Of a stretch of DNA of 64,000 nucleotides, positions 1-12,417 are shown one piece after another. Below the pieces are notes generated by a model, which did not search any database, was not told the DNA's origin, and was given only the letters and a program-made list of their open reading frames with translations. The first letter of the stretch is position 1. Each line of letters opens with the position of its first letter. Position numbers and translations under genes: made by a program. Location: the NCBI RefSeq assembly GCF_018350175.1, contig NC_058381.1:18352001-18416000 (forward strand), in the 5' to 3' direction. The stretch comes from Felis catus (lineage: Eukaryota).

Positions 1-29
1 CTGGGTCCTGGTTTCTTCTAGAAAGTTGT

Positions 30-660
30 GGGGCCTTGAGTGCCTTCCTTTATCTTTCTACCTCTGTTCCTCATCTCATAAATAAAAGGAATACCTACCC
101 CATAGGGTCATTATGAGAACGAATGTGATAATCCACGTAAAGTGCTCTGCACAGTGCCTGGCACATACGGAAGACTCACTAGACGTTAACTTGTCATCAG
201 TTGAAGTATCATTTGAAGTACAGCACTCTTAGCCTTGCCCTCAAACCTTTCTCGTCACTCCATGCAGTGTGACTGGGGTGTATTTATTCATTCACTCAAC
301 AGATGTTTATTGAGGAGCTACTGTGTGCCAGGCTGCGCTAGAGGCTAATTAACAGTGCTTGGAACTTACACACAGCTAATATGGAGACAAACAATATAAG
401 CAGGTGAATAATGAATGAACAGGTTGATACTGATGTGGCCGTAATGCTAGCAAAACCGGGTGATGTAATGGATAGTGCATGGGTGGAGGGATATGTCTGA
501 GGAGGTGACATCAGAGAGTTCAGTATCTGGAGACTCCTGCCTGAAAGTGTCTGGGAAAAGAGCATGACAGGCAGAGCGAGCAGCGAGGACAAAAGCCCTG
601 AGGGCTGGGGAATTTGGCATGTTTGAGGAATAGAAAGAAGGCCAGAGAGCTCTGCAATGT
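30..660. repeat. Ancient MIR and L2 fragments in SARM1 intron 1
   Basis: CACAGTGCCTGGCACAT (MIR-like, about 150) and ATTCATTCACTCAACAGATGTTTATTGAG...TGTGCCAGGC (L2 3' end, about 286-333). Confidence 0.55.
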
Positions 661-874
661 TTATAACCGACAAGGAAGAAAACAAAATCAGCAAGGATTC
701 ATATATAGAATACATAAATATTCACATCAACAAGAAAAAGGCAGCAAATTCAATAGGGAATGGCAAAGGATATACATGGCAATTTATAAAAGAGAAAATC
801 CAAAGTGTTAACAAACAAAATAATTTCTAATCCTTAGTAATCAGAGAAGTGAAAATTAAATCAGCTATCACATG

Positions 875-1070
875 GGGGCGCTGGAGTGGCTCACTCGATT
901 GAGCGTCTGACTCTTGATTTCAGCTCAGGTCCTGATCCCAGGGTTGTGGGATTGAGCCCTGTGGAGCTCTGCACTGAGCCTCCTTGGGATTCTCTTGCTC
1001 TCTCCCTCTCCCCAATGCACATGCGCACACTTTCCCTCTCTCTAAAATATAAACAAACAAACAAATAAAT
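875..1070 (+). mobile_element. Can-SINE (tRNA-derived carnivore SINE) inserted in an old L1-like fragment
   Basis: GGGGCGC..GTGGCTCA head, (CT)n, A-rich tail; imperfect TSD AATTAAA(A)TCAsCTATCAC. Confidence 0.85.
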
Positions 1071-1664
1071 TAAAATCACCTATCACTTTACACCTATTGG
1101 ATAGGCAAAAGGCAAAGCTGGGTAACACAGAAGGTTGATGAGGTGTGGGGCCATGAACATGCTGACGCTCTCTGGGTGGAGGTGCACACTAGGGCAGTCA
1201 ACTTGGAAAACAGGCTGGGATGCATGGTGAAATTAAGGAGATATACATCCTACAAGCCAGGAATTGGAGCTCTTGAGGTTACAGCCAAAGAAATTATCAC
1301 AGTCCACAAAAGTCTGTGGAAAAGGTTCACTGCAGGATTGTTTTTGGTGGGGGAAGATGGCAGCAGGCTGGTGTCAAGCCTTGGAGAGTGGAGAGGTAAC
1401 ACGGGCAGGTGACCACTCTGGAGGACTATGGAGCGGTTACAAGTGACTGAACAGATGATAAAACAACAATATTAAAAACATATTAGTGAGTGGGTGAAAG
1501 TAAGAAGTGAAATGTGCTTTGTAACACAGCACTATTTGAGTAAACTAAAAATATATGAACACCAAACAAGAAAATAAAGATTTTACCAGGATAAGGATAT
1601 AAAGATATGCATTAAATATACTGAATGGGTGCCTATGGCATTAAATCAGAAAAATGGTGGGACA

Positions 1665-1911
1665 GGGGTACCTAGCTGGCTCAGTCGGTGGCGCATGAGA
1701 CTCTTGATCTCGGGGTTGTGAGTTTGAATCCCACGTTGGGAGCAGAGATTACTTNNNNNNNNNNNNNNNNNNNNNNNNNNNNNNNNNNNNNNNNNNNNNN
1801 NNNNNNNNNNNNNNNNNNNNNNNNNNNNNNNNNNNNNNNNNNNNNNNNNNNNNNNNNNNNNNNNNNNNNNNNNNNNNNNNNNNNNNNNNNNNNNNNNNNN
1901 NNNNNNNNNNN
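1665..1911 (+). mobile_element. Can-SINE, 3' part in N gap
   Basis: GGGGTACCTAGCTGGCTCAGTCGGT head. Confidence 0.8.
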
Positions 1912-3062
1912 AGAGGAGAAGGGAAGATTGTGGAGACTGTATTCTAGGCACGTATGTATACAAAGGCTAGGAGGTATCTGAGAACTGGTGCACTTGGGGA
2001 CCTGTCCCCACTGCAGCCACACTGAAGTGAAGCCATTTCTAGTGGCTGAGGTGGAAGTTTCAAGGTGGGAGGGAGTAGGGAGAGTGGTGGGGGCCTTCTG
2101 AACCATCTAGAGGCATTTGTGAAGTGCACATCTTGATCAAAAATGGGGAGCCACGGAAAGGCTTCAGGAAGGGGAGTGGTCTGCTCTTGCTTGGGTTGCA
2201 TAGTTGCATAGGAAACTCACTCTGGCTGCTATAGGGAGGAAGGATCCCAGGGAGGGAGCCTGGATGCCAGCAGGGCAGGCAGGAGAGTTGCCACACTCCA
2301 GGCAGAGGTGAGAGTTTTCTGTTTTCCTGACCTCCACAAATGATGTCCTCCACAAGTGACATGATCCCCGAAGTTTCCAGCCATGGAGTCCTTGCCCCAT
2401 GAGCACCACAATGACCACAGTGCTTGTGACTTTGTGTCCATTGCAGGTCCCAGCTGAACCCCTAACATGGCATAAGGCCAACACAACTTTGCTCAGAGGA
2501 TGATCAGAGGTCATGATCCTTGATCTCTACTTTGTGCTTCCAGAACAATCTGACTACATAAACTCTGAGAATATCAGGACCAGAGTGTGTCTAAGCAGTC
2601 ATCTGATCCAACACCTTCATTTCCTGAGAACCACTGAAGAGAAAGTCTTGCTCAGGAACATCAATTCAGAGAGAGGACTTCATTCTGAGTCTCTTAATTC
2701 CCAGCCCTCCCCTTTTCCTATGCACTTGACACCCTCAGAGAACTTGAACTGTGTGCTTGTTGTGAGAACTATTGACTCAGATCCCAGCTTCTGCAGCCCC
2801 AGAGGCTGTGGTTAAAATCCCAGCTCCAAAGGAGGGCAGAAATTGTACACATACACAGACACACATACAAGCAGGTATATATAATATACATATGTGTGTA
2901 AATCCTTGTAAATGCACAGAATTTCTCTGGAAGGACATATGGTGCAAGAAACTTGTTTTGCTTCCTGGTTTGTCTCTAGGGAGGGGGTCTGGGTAGAAAG
3001 CGTGTATCTTTTTGTATCTTTGCACTTTTTGAATTTATATGCAATAGCTTTCTGGGTTTTGT

Positions 3063-3300
3063 NNNNNNNNNNNNNNNNNNNNNNNNNNNNNNNNNNNNNN
3101 NNNNNNNNNNNNNNNNNNNNNNNNNNNNNNNNNNNNNNNNNNNNNNNNNNNNNNNNNNNNNNNNNNNNNNNNNNNNNNNNNNNNNNNNNNNNNNNNTCAA
3201 TGCAGAGCCCCATGCGGGGCTCGAACTCACAAACCGTGAGATCATGACCTGAGCTGAGATCAAGAGTCAGAGGTTTAAATGACAACCACTCAGGCACTCC
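3063..3300 (-). mobile_element. Can-SINE, tail in N gap
   Basis: Reverse-complement SINE body GGGCTCGAACTCACAAACCGTGAGATCATGACCTGAGC. Confidence 0.8.
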
Positions 3301-4999
3301 TGATTTTTTTTTTTTTTAAGACATGTCTCCTCCCTTATTTACTGTGTATTTCTGGGAAAGCCATTTAACCTGAGTTAAGCCATTTAACCTAATTATGGTC
3401 CCCTGAAGGGGCTACACTGTAAATTGCAAAGGCTAGCAGTCACACCCTCACTGGGTGTCATGGGACCAAGTTCAAAAGTTCCTCCGCTGTTGGGCTTTTC
3501 TTGGCATTTGGGAGTGAGGGACACTGTGATGGAGGCTCCCAGGCAGTGGGTGTGGCAGCATTATGGGAAGAAGGGAATGGGAAAAGGAGTGTGTGCATTG
3601 ATTGAGGAACTTTCTTTAAGAGGAGGTTGGTTGATGAAGGAAGGGCAAGATTTCATAAACTCAAATTCTCAGTGTATCATCTCTCAAAATTTCGAGGGTG
3701 ACAGGACGTGCTAGACGCTGTCCTTGGTCCTGAAGGGCTGTCAGCACCACCACGTTGTTTCCTGAGACCAGGAGTTAGTAATTCTAAACCAGAGGAGTGT
3801 TGTTAGTTTCAACCTTTAAAAACGTCAGTGCAATTTGCATCTTGCAGCCCTCCTCTTCCTCGGGTGTTGGCTGCACCCACTCCCCAAGAGTTCTCATTAT
3901 AGCTGCCACATCTCACATATCAGACCTACAGGGTACACCCGCCAACCTGTGTGGACCACATCCAGTGAGCACCCACTCCGTTTGCTAGCCCTCCAAATTC
4001 ACTGATGTTAGATGGGAAATCAATGACTTTCTGAGCAAGCAGAACCCTAACTTGCTCTCCCAGCTTAACTTGCTTCATTCGTGGACTGTACTATTTCCAC
4101 CATCCACAAAGTTATTTTTCATTTTTGAAAATGGCAAGGAAAGCACCTCTAACCCATGGCCTCACACTTGTGACAGCTGTATGAATTCAAAGTGACCCTT
4201 GCAAGACCCTTCTATACCTGAGAGGCCTGAGAATTCAGCATGAGACTGCTGCGTGACAGTTTGGTCTGCTCTGACATCAGATGAGAGAGAAAATGAGTGC
4301 GAGGGTCCTCATAGTCCAGGGGAGATCCCAAGAGGCAGACAAGAGAGTCGCAGCCAGGCCTCAGTTGGACCCCACCTACTGGATCTTAGCACTATGGGGG
4401 GGGGGGCCGAGAACACATACTCTAGCCCCTGCCTAGCTCTGCACCTGTTTCCTCTTCTCTCGCCCATTCATCCCAGTAGAAAACCTTCTGTTCCCCATTA
4501 GCAGCTGCAGAATGAGATCATGTCTGGCCTGTTACATGAGCCAAAATGAAGAGGGAGGAAGCAGGTGGTGGATTGGGGGTGGCACGAAGGGGGCAAGTAA
4601 CCCTTAGGTCAGCACTCATTTCAGCAATCATTTCTCCTCCTCCTACCCCATTTCCTGAGCACTGTTTTCTCTTCCTTTCTCAGTGGCAGAGTGAAGGTAG
4701 CAAAGAAGGGCATCTGGGTCTGTGGGGAGGAGGTCTGTGGGTTTAGAGGGCACTGGCAGCTCCATGCTGAACCAGGAACAGATTCCTGTCCAACTACTCT
4801 ATTCTTCCTCTCCCTGTCTCATTCCGCACGTCACCAGTCTGGGGAGTGAATCCTGGCTGCACTATTAGTTTACCTGTTGTGGCAAATCATTAAACTTTCC
4901 GAAGTCTCATTTGCCTCATTTGTGAAATGGACACGCTGATCCCCAGAGGGGGTGTAGTACAGGGATTTGGTGAGGTGAGGGAGGAAAAGGCACAGAGAG

Positions 5000-6169
<1,170 letters not shown>

Positions 6170-6597
6170 TCAAATCAACCCTAATAACGATTCGGTACAA
6201 CTCTCGAGACCCTTTAGGCCCGTTTCTCAAGCCTTGCAACATGCTTTAGGGGGTCGAGATTAGTGTTCCCATTGAACAGCTGAACCGACTGAAGCTCATA
6301 GAAAAGAGATTCCCCCAAGTCACCCACCTCTCTGGTTACGGAAGAGAAAAATTCAGTAGGAAACTCAGAATCATTTCTTCCCGGTAGTGGGAGGGTTTCA
6401 GGAAGCCTGTGGACCCCAACCCTTGGCACAAAATCAGGCGTTCTGTGCCAGGGGCGTTTTCTGGAAAGAGGGATGCTACTTCTCAAGAGAGTCTAAAAGT
6501 GCCAAGAACTAGGCTATTCTTTGCGGATGGGGAGACTGAAGGTGGAGACAGGGAGCAGTGAATGAGCAGGAGACCGAGGAATCAAATCCCGTCCAAA

Positions 6598-7183
6598 TGG
6601 TTAATATTCACCCAATTTGCTGTGCTGTGAAGACCAGCTTGGGGAAATCAACGCACCCAAGAGGTGAACCTAAACACGAAACTCTGTTATTGTTTTTTTA
6701 AACAGAGTTTTAAAAAATTCCCCCCGGGGTGCTTACCAGCATTCCTTCAACCCCCCTTTCACTGCCCTAAATACACAACGGGTGGGTGACACACTCAGCC
6801 AGGGATGTGCCTGTTCAAACAGATCGCAGATAAACAACCATTTATGGAGAATGAAGTTGGCGCTACTCCAGGCATGAGGCATTTTGTCTGCTTTAGCTCA
6901 TGTAACCCCCAACACATCATGAGGCAAGTATTAACAGTCTCACTTTACCAAAAAGAATACCAAGGCAGGCAAAACAGTTTGCCCAAGGTCACGCAGCCTC
7001 TGAGTGGCACAGTGGGCCTTCTTTCTGACCTTCAGACCCATGGTGCTAGTCCCCTTCTGACATGACACCGAGCTTGGCAAGGATCCTATTCACTGTTCTC
7101 TCGGGTCCAGAGTTCCAGGAATGTGACCTTTGCAGCCACTGGGGTCTGGGGCACTGGGGGCTGGGCCAGAGATTGAGCAAATA
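6598..7183 (+). promoter_or_regulatory. Hepatocyte-type VTN promoter elements (HNF1, HNF4/COUP-TF, FOXA)
   Basis: TGGTTAATATTCACC 6598-6612 (HNF1 type), TGACCTTTGCA 7124-7134 (HNF4/COUP DR1-like), GAGCAAATA 7175-7183 (forkhead). Confidence 0.55.
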
Positions 7184-7315
7184 GAGCAGCAGAGAAGGCA
7201 GCTCCTCTCCTCTGGCTCCTTCCCTCCCTGTCCCCCGCTCTCCCGCATCACAGTGGAGATTGCAGGGAGCCCAGAGCCCAGTTCGCCAGCCAGGCTAGAG
7301 GCTGGAGGCCCTGCC

Positions 7316-10099
7316 ATGGCATCCCCAAGGCCCCTACTGATACTTGCCCTGCTGGCATGGGTTGTTCTGGCTGACCGAGGTGCAAGAGGGTGTTGGTGGT
7401 CGTTTGGGTCAACGAAGGGTGGGCGAGGGCGGTCTGGGCTTGGCCTTGCCAACTGATATCCCCTCTATCTCCTCCCCCACAGAGTCGTGCAAGGGCCGCT
7501 GCACAGAGGGCTTCAACGCTGACAGGAAGTGCCAGTGTGACGAGCTCTGCTCATACTACCAGAGCTGCTGTGAGGACTACGTGGCTGAATGCAAACCCCA
7601 AGGTGCGTCCAGAGGGGCTGGATGGGCCCGGGGTCCCCTCTGCAGCTGGAGACTCACCACCACCCACTGTGCCCACAGTGACGCGTGGGGATGTATTCAC
7701 TCTGCCAGAAGATGAGTACGGGGTCTACAACTACTTTGAGGAGACCAGAGACAACAGCAGTGTCCTCCCACAGCCAGAGAGCACCAGCCAGGGCCCCGAT
7801 CTGCAGGCCCAGACTGAAGTGTCTCCTGACCAGGAGACCTTCGAGGAACCTTTACTGAACCCTACACAGAAGACCCTGGGGCCTGAGACCTCTGATCAAG
7901 ACATCCCTGAGTCCCCGGTGGTGGAAGAGCTATGCAGTGGGAAGCCCTTTGACGCCTTCACTGACCTCAAGAATGGCTCCCTCTTTGCCTTCCGAGGTGA
8001 CTCCAGGGGCAGGTGTTGGGGGGTGGGGGTCTGCCTCTGGGACAACCCCTCCCTCACACAGACTCTCCCATTCTAGGGCAGTACTGTTATGAACTGGATG
8101 AAGAGGCAGTGAGCCCTGGGTACCCCAAGCTTATCCAAGATGTCTGGGGCATTGAGGGCCCCATTGATGCTGCCTTCACCCGCATCAACTGCCAGGGGAA
8201 GACCTACCTCTTCCAGGTGCCAGGCCCAGGGGTCGTGGGTCAGAGCCAAGGGTATCTAGACAGGGGTTGAGGGCTGCTGTGCCCAGTACTAGGGCGGGCA
8301 AGATGGCTGGATCACAGCCTGTAGTCCCTGGCTGGGGCTCTTGAGGACAGGAAAGCCCAAGGCTCCAGGTCCTGGGCAACAAGCCTAGAATTGGGACAGC
8401 TGCCTGGGGTGGGGGACTCGGCCTGTGCTCAGCCAGCCACCTCCTCACTCCCCCTTCCTTCCCTACCGCTTAGGGTCATCAGTACTGGCGCTTCGAGGAT
8501 GGTGTTCTGGACCCAGATTACCCCCGCAACATCTCTGAAGGCTTCAAGGGCATTCCGGACAACGTGGATGCAGCCTTGGCTCTCCCTGCTCATAGCTACA
8601 GTGGCCGGGAGCGGGCCTACTTCTTCAAGGGTATTAAGGGAGTGGGTGGGGAAAAGAGCAGGCAGTGGGGCAGTCTGGGCTTTCCTCCACACTCCTCTAT
8701 GGGGAGGCCTCAAATTACGTTCGGCACTCCCACTCCCCGGCCAGGAGCTCCTATCTCCAGCAGCCTTGGCGCTGGCTTTCTGGCCTCACTCATGAACCTC
8801 CCCCCATCCCATTTCCCCACTCAGGGAGACAGTACTGGGAGTATGAGTTCCAGCAGCAGCCCAGTCAGGAGGAATGTGAAGGCAGCTCCCTGTCCGCAGT
8901 GTTTGAACACTTTGCCCTGCTGCAGCGCGACAGCTGGGAGACCCTCTTTGAATTTCTCTTCGGGAACAGATTCTCTGGTATGGAGGGAGGGAGAGCAAGC
9001 CTCGCTTTCTCCTCAAGAGGGCTGGGATCTCCAGGGTAGGGACAGGGCAAGGCTGGCCGGAGGGGGCCGTGATTGCGGAGCTGGGGTTCAAAAGCTGTTT
9101 GCTCAAGCCAGACTTTGCTTCTGTTGACCTTTGGGGGGAGGTCCACCTGGACCCCACACCTTGGACTTTGCCTAGTGCAGCTGAGGGCACAGCCAGCAGG
9201 AGGAGGGCCTATGACTGAGGCAAGTGGGGAGGGATGCAGTGGAGGAAGGCTAGGGGAAAGAGCACCGAACAGAGAGTCAGAGGGCTGGGGTGCTGTGCTC
9301 TGCCATGAGCTTGCTCTGCCCTCAGGCAAGGCACGGCCCATAGTTGGGCACCAGATGAACTCTCCAGGCCCACAACGCTCTCATTAACCTCTTCCCTGCC
9401 ACAGGCGGTGCTGGACAGCCCCGGCTCATCAGCCGGGACTGGCCTGGTGTGCCCAGGCAAGTGGATGCGGCCATGGCCGGCCGCATCTACATCTCAGGCT
9501 CAGCTCCCCAATCCTGGGCCGAGAAGCAGAAGTCTAGGCGGCGTAACCGTAAACGCTACCGCTCACGCCGTAACCGTGGCCGAGGCCGCAGCCAGAACCC
9601 CCACCGGCAGTCCCGTTCAGCCTGGCTGTCCTGGCTCTCCAGTGAGGAGGACAGCCTGGGCATCTACAACTTTCGTGACTACGACATGGACTGGCTTGTG
9701 CCTGCCACCTGCGAGCCCATCCAAAGTGTTTACTTCTTCTCAGGAGGTGGGAGCCTGTGCCATCCCCGTAGCTGGTCTAGCTGGGGTCTTCCCTGCTGTC
9801 CCTGGTCCGCATGGGCTGAACATGGCCCTTGGGAGGTGACTCAGAAAGGCAGGCTGGGAGTCCTAGGCTGCGTTGTGGATGTTCACTCACCCTTCCGGGA
9901 GAGACCCAGGGCTTCTTTCTCAGGGCAGGGGTGTGTGGGCAGGGCCTGGCTGGGTCTCACACACCCTCTGCTGATCTCTCTTCCAGACAAGTACTACCGA
10001 GTCAACCTTCGCACACGGCAAGTGGACACCGTGAGCCCTCCTTACCCACGCTCCATCGCCCAGTACTGGCTGGGCTGCCCAGCCCCTGGCCACCAGTAG
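7316..10099 (+). CDS. VTN: Vitronectin, 8 exons, 468 aa
   Basis: Exons 7316-7379, 7483-7602, 7679-7996, 8077-8216, 8474-8630, 8825-8977, 9405-9746, 9987-10099 (all GT-AG, total 1407 nt). Signal peptide MASPRPLLILALLAWVVLA, somatomedin-B domain (SCKGRCTEGF...CQCDELCSYYQSCC), RGD at 7684-7692, hemopexin repeats, basic heparin-binding cluster in exon 7. Confidence 0.98.
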
Positions 10100-10161
10100 G
10101 AATCGGAGCCTGCACAGCTGGGCCCTCCACTGTTCCTTCCTCAACCACTTCCGCCCATCCC

Positions 10162-10167
10162 AATAAA
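10162..10167 (+). terminator. VTN poly(A) signal AATAAA
   Basis: AATAAA 62 nt after the stop codon. Confidence 0.85.
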
Positions 10168-11536
10168 GACCCCTTGGTCCTGAGTTTAAGACTGCTGTCC
10201 TGACTGGAGTGGACAGGCAGAGACCGGGATCTGCCTGGGGAAAGGAGGGGAAGCTGGGCTGTCACGAAGTCTTGGAGGAGGAGAGTGTCCTTGTGTCCAG
10301 TCCAGGTTGGGCTCAGGCTTTCTCCGTGAACCGGAAAAGCTCCGGCCTGGGGAGGGCCTCACGAGTGCTAGGCTTCCTCCTGAGCTAAGGAGCCCCTACC
10401 AGCCTACCAACGTTGGCGGGAGCTTGAACAGCTCTGGTGATGACAGGAGCCACCAAGTGCCTTTCCCAGCCCTGGGCTTCCTTTGCCTCTCGGAGGTGAC
10501 TAGGGTCTTGGAGGAGAGAGATGGGGCAGAGGGCAAGCGGTTCTGGTTCCGCTTTTCTGGCCCTTCTGAGCCTGCAAGGTGGTTAGCCTAGGGAACTGGT
10601 CAGCATGCTCCCCAAACCCACCCCTAGGATGAGCCTTTCTTTGAGGCCTCTGTCTTGGGTCTGGGGTCTGGGGCACTGAGGTTAGGAGTGGAAAGGGCAA
10701 GAACTCAAAGGAAATCCAAATGCACCCACTTCTCTTAGAAAAGGGACTCAGAAGACTTACAAGGATGAATACTCTGTAAACAAAACAAAACAAAACAAAA
10801 CACAAACAAGCATCTTTCTTAAAACTCCTCGATTGTACCTGTGAAACCTCTGATTCCTGGACTCCAAGGTTCCTGGACTCCAAGAAGCCCATCTGGGCTC
10901 TCAAGGGGCCATGGAGACAGGGCTCGGTGCAGGCAAATCTCTAAAGCAGACCCGAGGGCAAGCTGGTGGTAACATCTGCTCTCCAGCTCTGCTGAGGGCG
11001 GACTGGCTGCGGTTCATCTGCCGTCTCCCTGTCAGCCTCCTCATCCTGTCCAGCTTCACCAGCCCAGCCCCAGGCTGTGGCACAGGACTGCATCCACCGT
11101 CCCCTGGGGGAACTGGGGCACTGGGGCACTGAGGGCTCCAAGGGGGAAGGTGAAGCAGTGGGAGTGCTAGAGAGAAGGATCTCTTTGGCTTCCTTCCGGG
11201 CAAATCCTGGGAGGATTTTCACAAAGTACAGGATTTCAGCCACAGACTGTGGGGTGTGGGGTGTGAGGAGAGGGGCTCAGACCAGCTTTCTTTGTGAGGC
11301 CCTGGAGGAGCAGGGGCCAGAGAAGTTTTGCCCCATCCATACTCACACAAGCCCAACGCTGTCCCTGGCTTCTACTCTTCCCTCTGGGACTTCTCTGCTC
11401 CCCATCGGCTCGAGATGAAACCTCTCCCCTCCTGGAGGCGGGGCCAGCCTTCTGAGCAGGATAAAACCCCACAAGGAGGGGTGGTGTGGGCACAGCCTTG
11501 GCATGGCCCTCCGGCTCCTCATTCTCTGCCGGCTCC

Positions 11537-12417
11537 ATGGCCAGCCCTGTGGATGCATCCTCAACAGGTGATCTGGTGGGGAAAAGGTGGGCAGGGGGAG
11601 AATGAGGGGGAAGGTGTGATGGGGAAAGGCTGAAGCAGGGGAGTGGAGTAGAGGCTTCAGGGTCAGCTGGGGGTTTTGAGGCTGGGATGGAGGCTTTTGC
11701 GGGGAGCCCCAGCTTGACCCCTACTCCGGCCCACAGGCCATGCCAGTGGGCTGGGTCCCCACCGGAGAAAGCGGACCACTTTCAGCAGAGGGCAGCTGCT
11801 GGAGTTGGAGCGGGTGTTTGCAGCCCGGCCCTACCCTGACATTGGCACCCGTGAGCACCTGGCCCGGGTCACCTGCCTTCCTGAGGCCAAGATACAGGTG
11901 AGCAGTGACCCCCTCTCAGGGTGGGGGTACTCTCACACAGCCCCTTTCCTCTGGGTATCCTGCCTCCAGGTTTTGCTTTCCCTGTACCTGGGGGAGGGTG
12001 GTTGGAGCCAGAAGAGATTCCTTTTTCCCTTACCAGGTGTGGTTCCAGAACCGCCGGGCCAAGAGAATCAAGAATACGAAGGCGGGAGGCCTAAGCCCGA
12101 GGCCAGAGCCCCCCCCGAGAGCCCGTTCTCTTCCAGACACCCTCCAGCAGTCCCGGGAGCCCCGAAAACTAGGCCAGCTCCCGCCTTCCAACAGCACGCC
12201 TCAGTGTGCCTCACTGTGTAGACATGCCTCCTGCTCAGCTCCTGGCTTGGGTCCAGGGCAGAGCCGGGCAGGGGCTAAAGCTGTAACCCCATGGGGACCA
12301 GCTGGGGCTTCAGCGACCCACCTTTCTTCAGAACGAGCTACTCCCCAGACCTCGTTGGGCAGCCTGTCTGACCTCATCTATGCCTCAGCCATTGTCACCA
12401 ACCAGGACCACTCCTAA
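11537..12417 (+). CDS. SEBOX: SEBOX paired-like homeobox protein, 3 exons, 190 aa
   Basis: Exons 11537-11567, 11737-11897, 12037-12417 (573 nt): [11 protein letters not shown]...[46 protein letters not shown]|[12 protein letters not shown]...[23 protein letters not shown]. Position just downstream of VTN matches known synteny. Confidence 0.93.

Noticed and set aside
3358-3390. 14-bp direct repeat AAGCCATTTAACCT with a 5-bp spacer
   Set aside because: Simple local micro-duplication; two units only, no functional indication.
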